NCBI GenBank assembly: GCA_039028615.1
Contig: JBCCHT010000014.1
Span: forward strand, 32,001-96,000
Direction: 5' to 3'
Length of the DNA stretch: 64,000 nucleotides
Source of the DNA: Myxococcota bacterium
GTDB taxonomy: Bacteria > Myxococcota_A > Polyangia > Nannocystales > Nannocystaceae
The translations under genes and the position numbers were made by a program. Within the stretch, counting starts at the first letter, position 1. Every line of letters starts with the position of its first letter. This document shows positions 19,516 through 28,811 of the stretch, in pieces. Below the pieces are notes generated by a model, which was not told the DNA's origin, made no database searches, and saw only the letters and a program-made list of their open reading frames with translations.

Positions 19516-20586
19516 CTACCGCTTCCGCTTCCCCTTCTTCTTTTTGGGCTCCTCTTCCTCGGGCGGGGCCGCGAGTGCGGCCTCGATCTCGGCTTTTTGC
19601 GCCGCGTCGTCGGCCTGCTCTTGAGCAGTCAACGGAGGCGGTGGGCAGCAGGGGCCTTCCGGAACGCCGGACGTCGGACAATCGGGGATCTGGTCGAGAT
19701 CGCAGACCGCCTTTTGCTGACGCCAGGCGAGCATGGAGTCTTCTCGGGCGAGAATCGCCTCGATCTTCTCCTCGGGGAACTCCGGGGTCTCGACGACCAT
19801 CCGCGCGTTCATCTTCTGCGTGTAGGCCATGGAGCGCCACACGTAGGCATCGCGGAACTTCGCGTCGATGGACACCGCCTTCTCGAGCAGCCCGAGCACC
19901 TCGTCGGCGATCTTCAGGCGGTCGGAGGGCGGCAGGGACTCGTTGTAGGGCAGCCCGGACTCGGGCTCGGGCCACAGCGGCTCGAAGCGGCGAATGGCCA
20001 GCGCGTGCCAGGCCCGAACGCTCTGCGGGAAGTCCTCGGTACGCTTGACGTACCACTCTTCGACCTTCCCATCGTTGCCGCACTGCTCGTACTGCCGAAT
20101 CACCGCGCCGTAGATGGCCTCGTTGTTCGGCTCGTCCTGCTTCTTCTCGAACCAGTACGTCAGCAGCTCGTCGCAACGCTCGTCGGCGTTGAGGATGTTG
20201 AGTCGGTGATCGAGGACGATTTTCTCGTCTTCCTCGGTCTTGACCTCGAGGCGGTCGTACCAGGTCTGGAAGTCACGCAACGCCATGTCGGCGTAGGTCT
20301 TCCGCTCCTCGCGTTGCTCGGGCTCCTTCATGCGCATGACCTGGCTTTCGGCCGCGCACGCGCGGTTCCAAAGCAGGGTCACACCATCGGGCTCGAGGTG
20401 CTCGGCGAGGTCGTACTTCTCGATGGCCTCGGGGTACTTGGCGTCCTTGTACAGGACGTTGCCCTCACGGATGAGGTCGCGCGCCTCGATCTTGGCGCAG
20501 CCCCCTGCGGTCCCGAGGGTGAGCAGCGACCCCATGACCACAGAGGCCAGGGTACGACGACCGTTGGCGGCGAAAGAGCGGCCCAT
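19516..20586 (-). CDS. TPR-containing lipoprotein
   Basis: Lipobox AGGC; TPR-like IREGNVLYKDAKYPEAIEKY; Cys cluster and a basic C-terminal tail. Confidence 0.8.
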   Translation of the reverse strand: MGRSFAANGRRTLASVVMGSLLTLGTAGGCAKIEARDLIREGNVLYKDAKYPEAIEKYDLAEHLEPDGVTLLWNRACAAESQVMRMKEPEQREERKTYADMALRDFQTWYDRLEVKTEEDEKIVLDHRLNILNADERCDELLTYWFEKKQDEPNNEAIYGAVIRQYEQCGNDGKVEEWYVKRTEDFPQSVRAWHALAIRRFEPLWPEPESGLPYNESLPPSDRLKIADEVLGLLEKAVSIDAKFRDAYVWRSMAYTQKMNARMVVETPEFPEEKIEAILAREDSMLAWRQQKAVCDLDQIPDCPTSGVPEGPCCPPPPLTAQEQADDAAQKAEIEAALAAPPEEEEPKKKKGKRKR

Positions 20587-20875
20587 TGAGCGTCGCAGTG
20601 TACAGCAGAACCGGCGCAAATTCTTCAGTCCCCTCGCGGTGATGGCGTGATTGAAAGGCCGTGGTGGCGGTTGGGCCGCCTGAGCTGGCTCACGGGGGAG
20701 CCGGGAGCCGGACACGACGCAATCGACGTCGTTGGACCGGCAACGCAAAAGCCCTGGTCCGGCTTACAGCCGGACCCTGCGCCGGAGACCCTCCGACGCA
20801 GACGAGTAAGATAAGGAGACGGGCAGCGTGTCCCCCGTTGGTGCCTTGGATGGCCCGCGCCCGTCAAGCGTTGGT

Positions 20876-21712
20876 TCACTCGAACCGAAGCTCGAACGTC
20901 ACCGATGTACAGGTCTTGCGGGCTCGGCCGCCGACCTTCAATGGATAGAAACGCCAGGAAGACACGGTCTGGCGGCAGATCCGATCGACTTCGGGATCGC
21001 CACCGAAGGCCCGGCGGGTGCGCACGTCCACGGTGTGACCCGTGTCGTCGACACAAAACGAGACGGTGCTCCGACCCGGGCGACGGTTCGTGCGACCGGT
21101 GGTCGTTCGCGCAAGCGCGTGCACATCGGGGTCGGGCGAGTAGCGGGCTTTGGCCATGACCGTCTTGATCGGTGCCCGCGTGAGATCTTTCGGCTCGGGA
21201 CGGATGGGAGAGATGGGTCGCCGCGGCGGCGGGTTCTCGGCGCACGGCGGCGTGATGCAGGTGCCGATGCCGGGAGGGCCCCCGGGAATCCCGATGCTGC
21301 CCAGACCCGGCTTCACTCCCGGCGGTAGCGGAGAACCGGAGACGGGCTTGGGGCGCGAGCGGGCGGGCACGGGCTCGAGAGCGGGCGCCTCGGCCTCGGG
21401 CGGCTCGGGCTTCACCGACACCGTCTTTCGCTGCGCCGCAGCTCCTCCCGCCGCGGTGTCCTTGACCGGGTCGACCTTCGGCGCGGGCGGGGGCGTCGTG
21501 GGCGGGACGACCTGATTGAGCTGGAAGGTCACCTGGTAGACGTTCTTGGGCGGCGCGACGGCATTGATGCCGAGCTTCTCCGTGACCCACATCGACGTGC
21601 CGACCCCGATGCTCACGATGGCGGCCATGAGGGCACTGCTCATCAAACGACGGCGTTGGTCGCTGAGTTCTTGGTGGTCATCGATCAGTGTTGCGAAGCG
21701 GATTGCGGTCAT
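20876..21712 (-). CDS. Second TonB-like protein, paralog of 18645..19457
   Basis: Same layout (RRR-TM-W..K..I..V.PP, Pro-rich linker, YSPDPD...PG...VSFCVD..G...DPEVDRICRQTVSSWRF). Confidence 0.82.
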   Translation of the reverse strand: MTAIRFATLIDDHQELSDQRRRLMSSALMAAIVSIGVGTSMWVTEKLGINAVAPPKNVYQVTFQLNQVVPPTTPPPAPKVDPVKDTAAGGAAAQRKTVSVKPEPPEAEAPALEPVPARSRPKPVSGSPLPPGVKPGLGSIGIPGGPPGIGTCITPPCAENPPPRRPISPIRPEPKDLTRAPIKTVMAKARYSPDPDVHALARTTTGRTNRRPGRSTVSFCVDDTGHTVDVRTRRAFGGDPEVDRICRQTVSSWRFYPLKVGGRARKTCTSVTFELRFE

Positions 21713-21856
21713 CGACTCGTCCTTCCCGGGGCGCACGACCCCACAGACCACCGCGTCCACGCGCATGCGTGGCTCGCCAGTGGCAAACCCCTGGGCCGTC
21801 CTACGAACGATGGGGACCCATCGTTCTGGCAAACGGTCCCAAACTCGATGCGAACG

Positions 21857-22909
21857 TCAGCGGGGCGGCGCGCCCAGCTCGATCGCGATGTCGCCCAGCC
21901 GCGTGCGGCCCGTGGCCAGCAGGACCAAGCGGTCCAGGCCCAGCGCGACCCCGGCACACGGCGGCAGCCCAGGCGAGCGCAGATCGGCCAAGAACTCGGG
22001 GTCGATCGGCAAGGGCGGCTGGTCCATCGAGGCGCGCAGCGTGTTGACGTCTTGGAAACGACGGAGCTGCTCGTTTGGATCTCGCAGCTCGCGATATCCA
22101 TTGGCCAGCTCGCGGCCGTGGGCGTAGCTCTCGAAGCGATGCGCCAGCGCGCGATCGCTGCCGTCTTCCGCCGGCCCGACCTCGGACAATGCCGCCAGCG
22201 GGGCCGGCATCTGCCCCACGTGCACGCCGAGCTGTCGCCGCTGGTCGAGCCAGGGGTCGAGGCAGGTGTCGCACCACGCGGAAAAGAACGCCGTCCAGGC
22301 CGCCAATGAATGGGCCCGGGGCGATGACGCCAACCGATCATCACGCAGTGTCGCCAACGGATGACCGAGCCGCGCGCTTACAGGCGCCAGCGCAGCCGCC
22401 AGCCGGGGCGCGTCTTCGTCACCCCGCAGCGACAGACCCAGGGTCTGTGACATCAGGTCCACCACACCGACTTCGAGCCACTGCTGCGGTGGCACGATGG
22501 CCGGCTCGTCCAGCACTCCGGCCACCGCGTCGTGGACCGCGGCCACGACCGCTTCCACGTCGCGCCGCAGTGCATCGGTATCGCTCGCGACGCGATACCA
22601 CTCGATCATGTGGAACTCTTCGCGGTGCAGGGCTCCGTGCTCGGCGGCGCGAAAGCACGGTGCGATCTGGAAGATCGACGGCGCGCCCCGGCACAAGAGC
22701 CGCTTCATCGGCAGCTCGGGGCTCGTCGCCAAGACCCCCGGCGGCGCGGCCAGGGGTTCGATGAAGGGCTCGACCGCGACCGCCTGCAAGCGCACGGGCG
22801 TGACCACCTCGGCCATCCCCTGCCCTCGCAGGACCTCGCGCGTCGCATTCAAGGCCGCGTCCCACACGAGCACGCGGCTCGCAAAGGGCAGCGGAGGGCG
22901 ACCGCTCAA
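21857..22909 (-). CDS. epmA: EF-P beta-lysine ligase (class II LysRS-like, EpmA/GenX)
   Basis: LATSPELPMKRLL, IFQIAPCFR..E.G.LH..EF.MIEWYR, RFE.Y..GRELANGY.EL.DP.EQ..RF and GLPPCAGVALGLDRL. Probable TTG start overlaps the efp stop (TTGA). Confidence 0.92.
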   Translation of the reverse strand: MSGRPPLPFASRVLVWDAALNATREVLRGQGMAEVVTPVRLQAVAVEPFIEPLAAPPGVLATSPELPMKRLLCRGAPSIFQIAPCFRAAEHGALHREEFHMIEWYRVASDTDALRRDVEAVVAAVHDAVAGVLDEPAIVPPQQWLEVGVVDLMSQTLGLSLRGDEDAPRLAAALAPVSARLGHPLATLRDDRLASSPRAHSLAAWTAFFSAWCDTCLDPWLDQRRQLGVHVGQMPAPLAALSEVGPAEDGSDRALAHRFESYAHGRELANGYRELRDPNEQLRRFQDVNTLRASMDQPPLPIDPEFLADLRSPGLPPCAGVALGLDRLVLLATGRTRLGDIAIELGAPPR

Positions 22910-23466
22910 CTGTTGACGCGCTCGACGTAGGCCTTGGTGCGCGTGTCGACCTTGACCTTCTCGCCCTGCTTGATGAACAGCGGCACCTGGATGGTCAGCC
23001 CGGTCTGCACCGTGGCGTCCTTGGTGGTGTTGGTGGCCGTATCGCCCTTCACGCCCGGAGCACACTCGGTGATGTCCATGATGACGTGACTGGGCAGGCT
23101 GACCCCCACCGGACGCTCGTTGTAGAACAGCACGTCGACCTCGAGCTGATCGAGCAGGAAGTACTTGTCGTCGTCGATGAGCTCGGCCGACAGCTCCACC
23201 TGCTCGTAGGTCGCGCTGTCCATGAAGGTGTAGGACCCGCCCGACTCGAACAGGTACTGCATCTTCTTCGACTCGACGTTGGCGGCCGTCAGCCTCTCAC
23301 CCTAGCGCCAGGTCCGGTCGATCACCGAGCCGGTGATCATCTGCTTGAGCTTGCACTTGTAGAGGCCCTGCCCCTTGCCCGGCTTGACGAACTGAAACTC
23401 GACCACGAGGTACGGGTGTCCGTCGATCTCGACCTTGGCGTTCTTGCGCAGCTCACTGACGTCCAT
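22906..23466 (-). pseudogene. efp: Elongation factor P with an in-frame amber codon at 23302-23304 (nonsense mutation, sequencing error or readthrough)
   Basis: Hand translation: MDVSELRKNAKVEIDGHPYLVVEFQFVKPGKGQGLYKCKLKQMITGSVIDRTWR*GERLTAANVESKKMQYLF...PGVKGDTA...VPLFIKQGEKVKVDTR. The full frame is 186 codons with the KPGKG motif intact. Confidence 0.9.
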
Positions 23467-23685
23467 GATGACTTCGTCGTCCTTCGTTCGCCGGGTCCGG
23501 CAGGGTCACCCTGCGGCAATCTCCGCGGCGGGCGACCTTTTTCCAACAAGGCCGGTCGCTGTCAACCACCCCGGCGGGATCAACGCAGCCCCCATTCCCG
23601 GAACGCTGCATGGCCTTGCGCACACCCCTACGTAACAACGTGTCGCAGAGGGTGGCCAAGCCCCTTCGGATGTGGCAGGCTACTA

Positions 23686-23701
23686 CCCAGTTCCCACTGG
23701 G
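23686..23701. promoter_or_regulatory. Possible Rrf2 autoregulatory operator
   Basis: Short palindrome CCCAGT-N4-ACTGGG 13 bp upstream of the Rrf2 start. Confidence 0.3.
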
Positions 23702-23714
23702 GTTACCGTAAAAA

Positions 23715-24128
23715 ATGCGGCTCACCACAAAAGCACGTTATGGCCTTCGCGCCCTATGCCACGTTGCCCACCGCGGGTATGCCTCTGCACAGGTGATCGC
23801 GGAACACCAGGCTATTCCCTCACGATATCTCGAAGAAATCATCGGCGAGCTTCGCCGCGCTGGTTTCGTGATCGGAAAACGGGGTCCCCGTGGGGGATAT
23901 CGCCTGGCCAAGCCACCCGCCGAGATCATCATCTCCGACGTGCTTCGCGCGCGCGCGAGCGCATCGTCGGCGAACACCACGGGGGATCCGCAGGACGAGA
24001 TCACCGCGTTGGTGGAGCGCTCGGTCGACGATCGTCTGCAAGCAGCGGTCGGCGACCTCAAGCTCGACGAGCTGCTGAGCGAAGCTCGAGATCGTCATCG
24101 TCGCAGCGCGGCGAACTACGTGATCTGA
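23715..24128 (+). CDS. Rrf2-family regulator, CymR-like (no Fe-S cysteine triad)
   Basis: MRLTTKARYGLRAL...YLEEI...LRRAGFV..KRGPRGGYRLAKPP..I.I.DV; C-terminus NYVI; lies upstream of cysK. Confidence 0.9.
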   Translation: MRLTTKARYGLRALCHVAHRGYASAQVIAEHQAIPSRYLEEIIGELRRAGFVIGKRGPRGGYRLAKPPAEIIISDVLRARASASSANTTGDPQDEITALVERSVDDRLQAAVGDLKLDELLSEARDRHRRSAANYVI

Positions 24129-24141
24129 CCGGGCAGCGACC

Positions 24142-25104
<963 letters not shown>

Positions 25105-25109
25105 CCGCC

Positions 25110-25814
25110 ATGGCGCTGCCTGCATCCGCTTGCTTCGTGGTCGTCGGTGCCGGAGGGCTGGGTTGTCCCGCCCTGCTGGCCCTGTCGGCGGCCGAGGCAT
25201 CGCGGGTGCTCGTGCTCGACCACGATCGCGTGGAGAGCCACAACCTCCAGCGCCAGGTGCTCTACGACATCGGTGACGTGGGCGCGCCCAAGGTCGAGGC
25301 GGCCAAGCGTCGGCTGCCCGCGCTCGACATCGAAGCGCAGCAACGGAAGATCACGGCCGACGAGGTGGACGACTTCGTCGCCGAGCTTCCCGAGGGCGCG
25401 GTCGTGCTCGAGTGCACCGACGCGCCCGTGCTCAAGTTCGCCTTCAACGACGCCTGCCTGCGCCACGACGTGCCGCTGGTCATCGGCGCCGCGCTGCGAT
25501 GGCAGGGCCAAGCGCTCGCGGTCCGCCGCGGCCACGCGTGCTACCGCTGCGTGTACGAGTCCCCTCCCCCCGCCGACGACGTACCCCGCTGCGACGAGGC
25601 CGGCGTGGTGGGCTCGGGCGTGGGGCATGTCGGCATGCTGATGGCCCACCTCGCCCTGCAGCTCGCGGCGGGCGACGAGTCGGTCGCCGGCCAGCTGTGG
25701 GCGATCGACCTGCTCCGCGCTCGGGTGCAGCGCATCGCACCTGCCGTGCGAGCGACCTGCCCCTGTCACCCCGGACACGCCGCCGCCGTGGCCCACGCCG
25801 CCGCGCCGAACTGA
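25110..25814 (+). CDS. ThiF/MoeB (E1-like) adenylyltransferase without a rhodanese domain
   Basis: VVGAGGLGCPA, DHDRVESHNLQRQVL, ACYRCVY, RCDEAGVVG and C-terminal CPCH; ATG at 25110. Confidence 0.9.
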   Translation: MALPASACFVVVGAGGLGCPALLALSAAEASRVLVLDHDRVESHNLQRQVLYDIGDVGAPKVEAAKRRLPALDIEAQQRKITADEVDDFVAELPEGAVVLECTDAPVLKFAFNDACLRHDVPLVIGAALRWQGQALAVRRGHACYRCVYESPPPADDVPRCDEAGVVGSGVGHVGMLMAHLALQLAAGDESVAGQLWAIDLLRARVQRIAPAVRATCPCHPGHAAAVAHAAAPN

Positions 25815-25917
25815 ATTTCCCTTCGCGCCGCCGCCGGACGAAACACCGAGCCCGCGACGGACGCTCTTTCAATCAACCACTTCCCGAAGAAGACCGAAAC
25901 CAGGAGACCCACGAACC

Positions 25918-26196
25918 ATGGCCACCGTTCGCATTCCCACCCCACTGCGCAAGTACACCCAGGGGCAAGAGGAGGTGAGCATCGAAGCCGGCACCGTCCG
26001 CGATCTCATCACCAACCTCGAGACCAGCTACCCCGGTATCTCCGAGCGCATCTGCGACGACAAGGGCGCCGTGCGTCGCTTCGTCAACATCTTCGTCGGC
26101 GAAGAGGACATTCGCTTCCTCGAGAACCTCGACACTGGCGTCAAGGATGCCGACGAGGTCAGCATCGTGCCGGCCATCGCAGGTGGCATGAAGTGA
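25918..26196 (+). CDS. MoaD/ThiS/CysO ubiquitin-like sulfur carrier with a GG-MK C-terminal extension
   Basis: MATVRIPTPLRKYT...RRFVNIFV..EDIRFL..LDT......VSIVPAIAGGMK. Confidence 0.92.
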   Translation: MATVRIPTPLRKYTQGQEEVSIEAGTVRDLITNLETSYPGISERICDDKGAVRRFVNIFVGEEDIRFLENLDTGVKDADEVSIVPAIAGGMK

Positions 26197-27212
26197 TGGA
26201 CGGGCTGCTCACCCCTGCACTGCCACTGTCGGCCCGGCTTCCCGCGGCCGCGCAGTTTCATGTCCAAGAGGTGCGCGGCCGGCCGCGTCGGGCCGGCAGC
26301 ATCGTCGACCTGATCGGCAACACCCCGTTGGTGCGCCTGGGCCAGATCGACCGGGAGACCCCCGGCGTCGAGATCTGGGCCAAGTGCGAGTTCGCCAACC
26401 CCGGCGGCTCGGTCAAGGATCGAGCCGCCTACCGGATCATTCGCGACGCGCTGTCCCACGGCGACCTTCGCCCCGGCGTGCGCCTCATCGACAGCACCAG
26501 CGGCAACACGGGCATCGCGTACTCGCTCATCGGTGCCGCCATGGGCCTGCCGATCAGCCTCGTGATGCCGAGCAACGTGTCCAACCCGCGCAAGCAGGTC
26601 ACGGCGGCCTTCGGCACCGAGCTCATCTTCTCCGACCCCATGGAGGGCAGCGACGGCGCGATCGTTCGTGCCCGCGAGATCGTCGAGGAGAATCCCGAGC
26701 GCTGGTATTACCCCAACCAGTACGCCAACGAGAGCAACTGGCGGGCGCACTACGACGGCACCGGGCCCGAGATCATCGCCCAGACCGAAGGCCGCGTGAC
26801 GCACTTCGTCACGGGCATCGGCACCAGCGGCACGGTCATGGGCACGTCCCGGCGCCTGCACGAGTACAACCCCTCCATTCGCTGCATCGGCCTGCAGCCC
26901 GACGACGCCATGCACGGCCTCGAGGGGCTCAAGCACATCCCCTCCAGCATCGTGCCGCCGATCTACGACGAGTCCGTGCTCGACGAGACCCTCTGGCTGC
27001 CCACCGAAGACGGCTGGGACATGGCCGAGCGCCTCGCCAGCGAAGAGGGCCTGTTCGTCGGGCACTCCTCGGGCGCCAACGTGGCGGGCGCCCGCCGGGT
27101 CGCCAAGCAGCTCGTCGCCGAGGGCGAAGAGGGCGTGGTGGTGACCGTGCTGTGCGATCGGGGCGACCGCTACTTCGCGCCGCTCAAGTGGGAGAAGCAC
27201 TATGTCTGGTGA
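26193..27212 (+). CDS. cysM: Second PLP cysteine synthase (CysM-like, probably carrier-dependent)
   Basis: IGNTPLV, NPGGSVKDRAA, STSGNTG, NQYANESN, GTSGT and HGLEGLK; flanked by the carrier and JAB genes. Confidence 0.85.
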   Translation: MMDGLLTPALPLSARLPAAAQFHVQEVRGRPRRAGSIVDLIGNTPLVRLGQIDRETPGVEIWAKCEFANPGGSVKDRAAYRIIRDALSHGDLRPGVRLIDSTSGNTGIAYSLIGAAMGLPISLVMPSNVSNPRKQVTAAFGTELIFSDPMEGSDGAIVRAREIVEENPERWYYPNQYANESNWRAHYDGTGPEIIAQTEGRVTHFVTGIGTSGTVMGTSRRLHEYNPSIRCIGLQPDDAMHGLEGLKHIPSSIVPPIYDESVLDETLWLPTEDGWDMAERLASEEGLFVGHSSGANVAGARRVAKQLVAEGEEGVVVTVLCDRGDRYFAPLKWEKHYVW

Positions 27213-27672
27213 GGCCTCCGCCCAAGTCCCCGCCGTGCCCCGCGAGCACCTGATGGCCATCTACCGTCAGGCGCGGGCCGAGTTCCCCAACGAGTGCTGC
27301 GGCTTCATCCTCGGCGAGGGCGAGCAGTCCGAGGCCGTCGCGTGCGCCAACGTGATGGACAAGTACCATCGCCTCGACCCCGAGCAGTTCCCGCGCACCG
27401 CCGCCAACGGCTACAAGTTCGACTTCAAGGCGGCGCGGCAGCTCGACGAGAGCTTCGGCGGGGACAAGCCCGCAACCATCATCTACCACTCGCACCCGCG
27501 GGTCGGCGCGTACTTCTCCGAGGAAGACACCAAGGCCGCCGTCGCCACGCAGTGGCCGGTCGACTACCTGGTGGTCGACGTCCAGGACAACGAGATCGTC
27601 GAAGCACTGCTCTTTCGGCAGAAGGGCGATCGATACGAGCAGATCGCCCGCTTCGACGGCGCGGCGGTGTGA
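27202..27672 (+). CDS. JAB/MPN+ (M67, Mec+-like) metallopeptidase
   Basis: EFPNECCG...IYHSHP...FSEED matches the JAMM motif (E...HSH-x7-S-x2-D). Confidence 0.92.
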   Translation: MSGEASAQVPAVPREHLMAIYRQARAEFPNECCGFILGEGEQSEAVACANVMDKYHRLDPEQFPRTAANGYKFDFKAARQLDESFGGDKPATIIYHSHPRVGAYFSEEDTKAAVATQWPVDYLVVDVQDNEIVEALLFRQKGDRYEQIARFDGAAV

Positions 27673-27690
27673 GGAGCCGAACGTAAGCGC

Positions 27691-28167
27691 TCAGCCCCAG
27701 GCGGCCGGCGGCGCCAGCCGGCCGTCGCGGACGGCTTCGAGCAGCTCGCGGTCCGCCTCCAAGAACCCGTCGATGGGCAGGGACTGTCGGGCAAACCCGG
27801 CCAGCTCGACCCCGGGCTCTGGGCGCAGGCCCAGCTGTGACCACGGCTGCTCGGGCGGGCCCAATGGGCCCGCGTCCACGTGATAGACGATGAGCAAGAC
27901 CTGTGGCCCCGGCGCCGGGTAGACGTGATGAAGCACGTCGGCGACCGACCCCAGCGTCAGGCGGCTCGCCGCGGGCCCCCACTCCTCCACCAGCTCCCGC
28001 ATCAGGGCGTCACGGGGGTGTTCGGCGGGCTCGAGCTTGCCGCCCGGCAACTCCCACCGGCCCGCGCCATGGCCCGCGTCGGCCCGGCGCCGCTGCACGA
28101 GGACGATACCGCCCGGTCGCCAGACCAGGGCCGCCGAGACCAACAGGGGATGGGGGACGTCCGTCAT
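27691..28167 (-). CDS. NUDIX hydrolase (MutT-like)
   Basis: Nudix box WELPGGKLEPAEHPRDALMRELVEEWG. Confidence 0.9.
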   Translation of the reverse strand: MTDVPHPLLVSAALVWRPGGIVLVQRRRADAGHGAGRWELPGGKLEPAEHPRDALMRELVEEWGPAASRLTLGSVADVLHHVYPAPGPQVLLIVYHVDAGPLGPPEQPWSQLGLRPEPGVELAGFARQSLPIDGFLEADRELLEAVRDGRLAPPAAWG

Positions 28168-28282
28168 CGGCAGCCTTGCGCGGGCTCGCTTCTAGCAACC
28201 CACGGCCCGATTGGCACGCGCGACTCCCACCATCCGCGCCTGGACGGAACCGGACATAAACCTCTATGCTGGCGGCAGGTTC

Positions 28283-28795
28283 ATGCGCCTCTACGCAAGC
28301 AAGATCCCGCACATCACCGATGTCGTCACCCGTAACCTGGTGGCGCCAGGGGTCCTCGAGATCAACGACCGCGAGGAGTTCAAGCGCGACATCGAGTCGA
28401 TCTTGCGGGAGTACATCCGGAAGGACCGCGAGATCACCGAGACGGCGAAGGACATCCTCGAGGCCCGCGGCCTCCCCTACTCGGAGCTGTTCCGCACCAA
28501 GCGGCAGCTCGCCGAGCGCGAAGATTTCGCCATCGGCGACGAGTCGATCAACTGGATCGCCAACCAACTCATCGAGCTGTTCATGCGCTCGCAGTTCGTC
28601 GAAGAGGTCTTCGCGGACGACGCGACCCTGCGACGCACGCTCAAGGAGCTGCTCCGCCGGAACATGCAGGCCGACGACGACCTCGACCGCGAGGTTCGTC
28701 GCCACCTCAAGCACCTGTCCGACGGTACGTCCTCGTTCGAGGTCGAGTACCAAAAGCAGCTCGAAGCGATCAAACGCAAGCACGGCCTGCAGTAG
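28283..28795 (+). CDS. DUF507-like protein
   Basis: MRLYASKIPHI...KRQLAE..DFAIG..SINWIANQLIELFM....VEEVFADD..LRR resembles the duplicated DUF507 proteins of myxobacteria. Confidence 0.75.
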   Translation: MRLYASKIPHITDVVTRNLVAPGVLEINDREEFKRDIESILREYIRKDREITETAKDILEARGLPYSELFRTKRQLAEREDFAIGDESINWIANQLIELFMRSQFVEEVFADDATLRRTLKELLRRNMQADDDLDREVRRHLKHLSDGTSSFEVEYQKQLEAIKRKHGLQ

Positions 28796-28811
28796 CGCAG
28801 GAAAAGGACCG

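Noticed and set aside
22910..23065. N-terminal extension of epmA given in the ORF track
   Set aside because: It overlaps efp in another frame; homology starts after the TTG at 22909.
23302..23304. Genome-wide TAG reassignment or pyrrolysine as the explanation for the efp amber codon
   Set aside because: Many genes in the window end properly at TAG (for example vgrG, TonB, DUF507, ECF, polA), no other internal TAG was seen, and no pyl genes are present here.
25110..27672. E1/Ubl/JAB genes as an anti-phage ubiquitin-like conjugation system (CBASS/Bil type)
   Set aside because: There is no E2 or CD-NTase, and the genes are interleaved with two cysteine synthases, which fits sulfur transfer.
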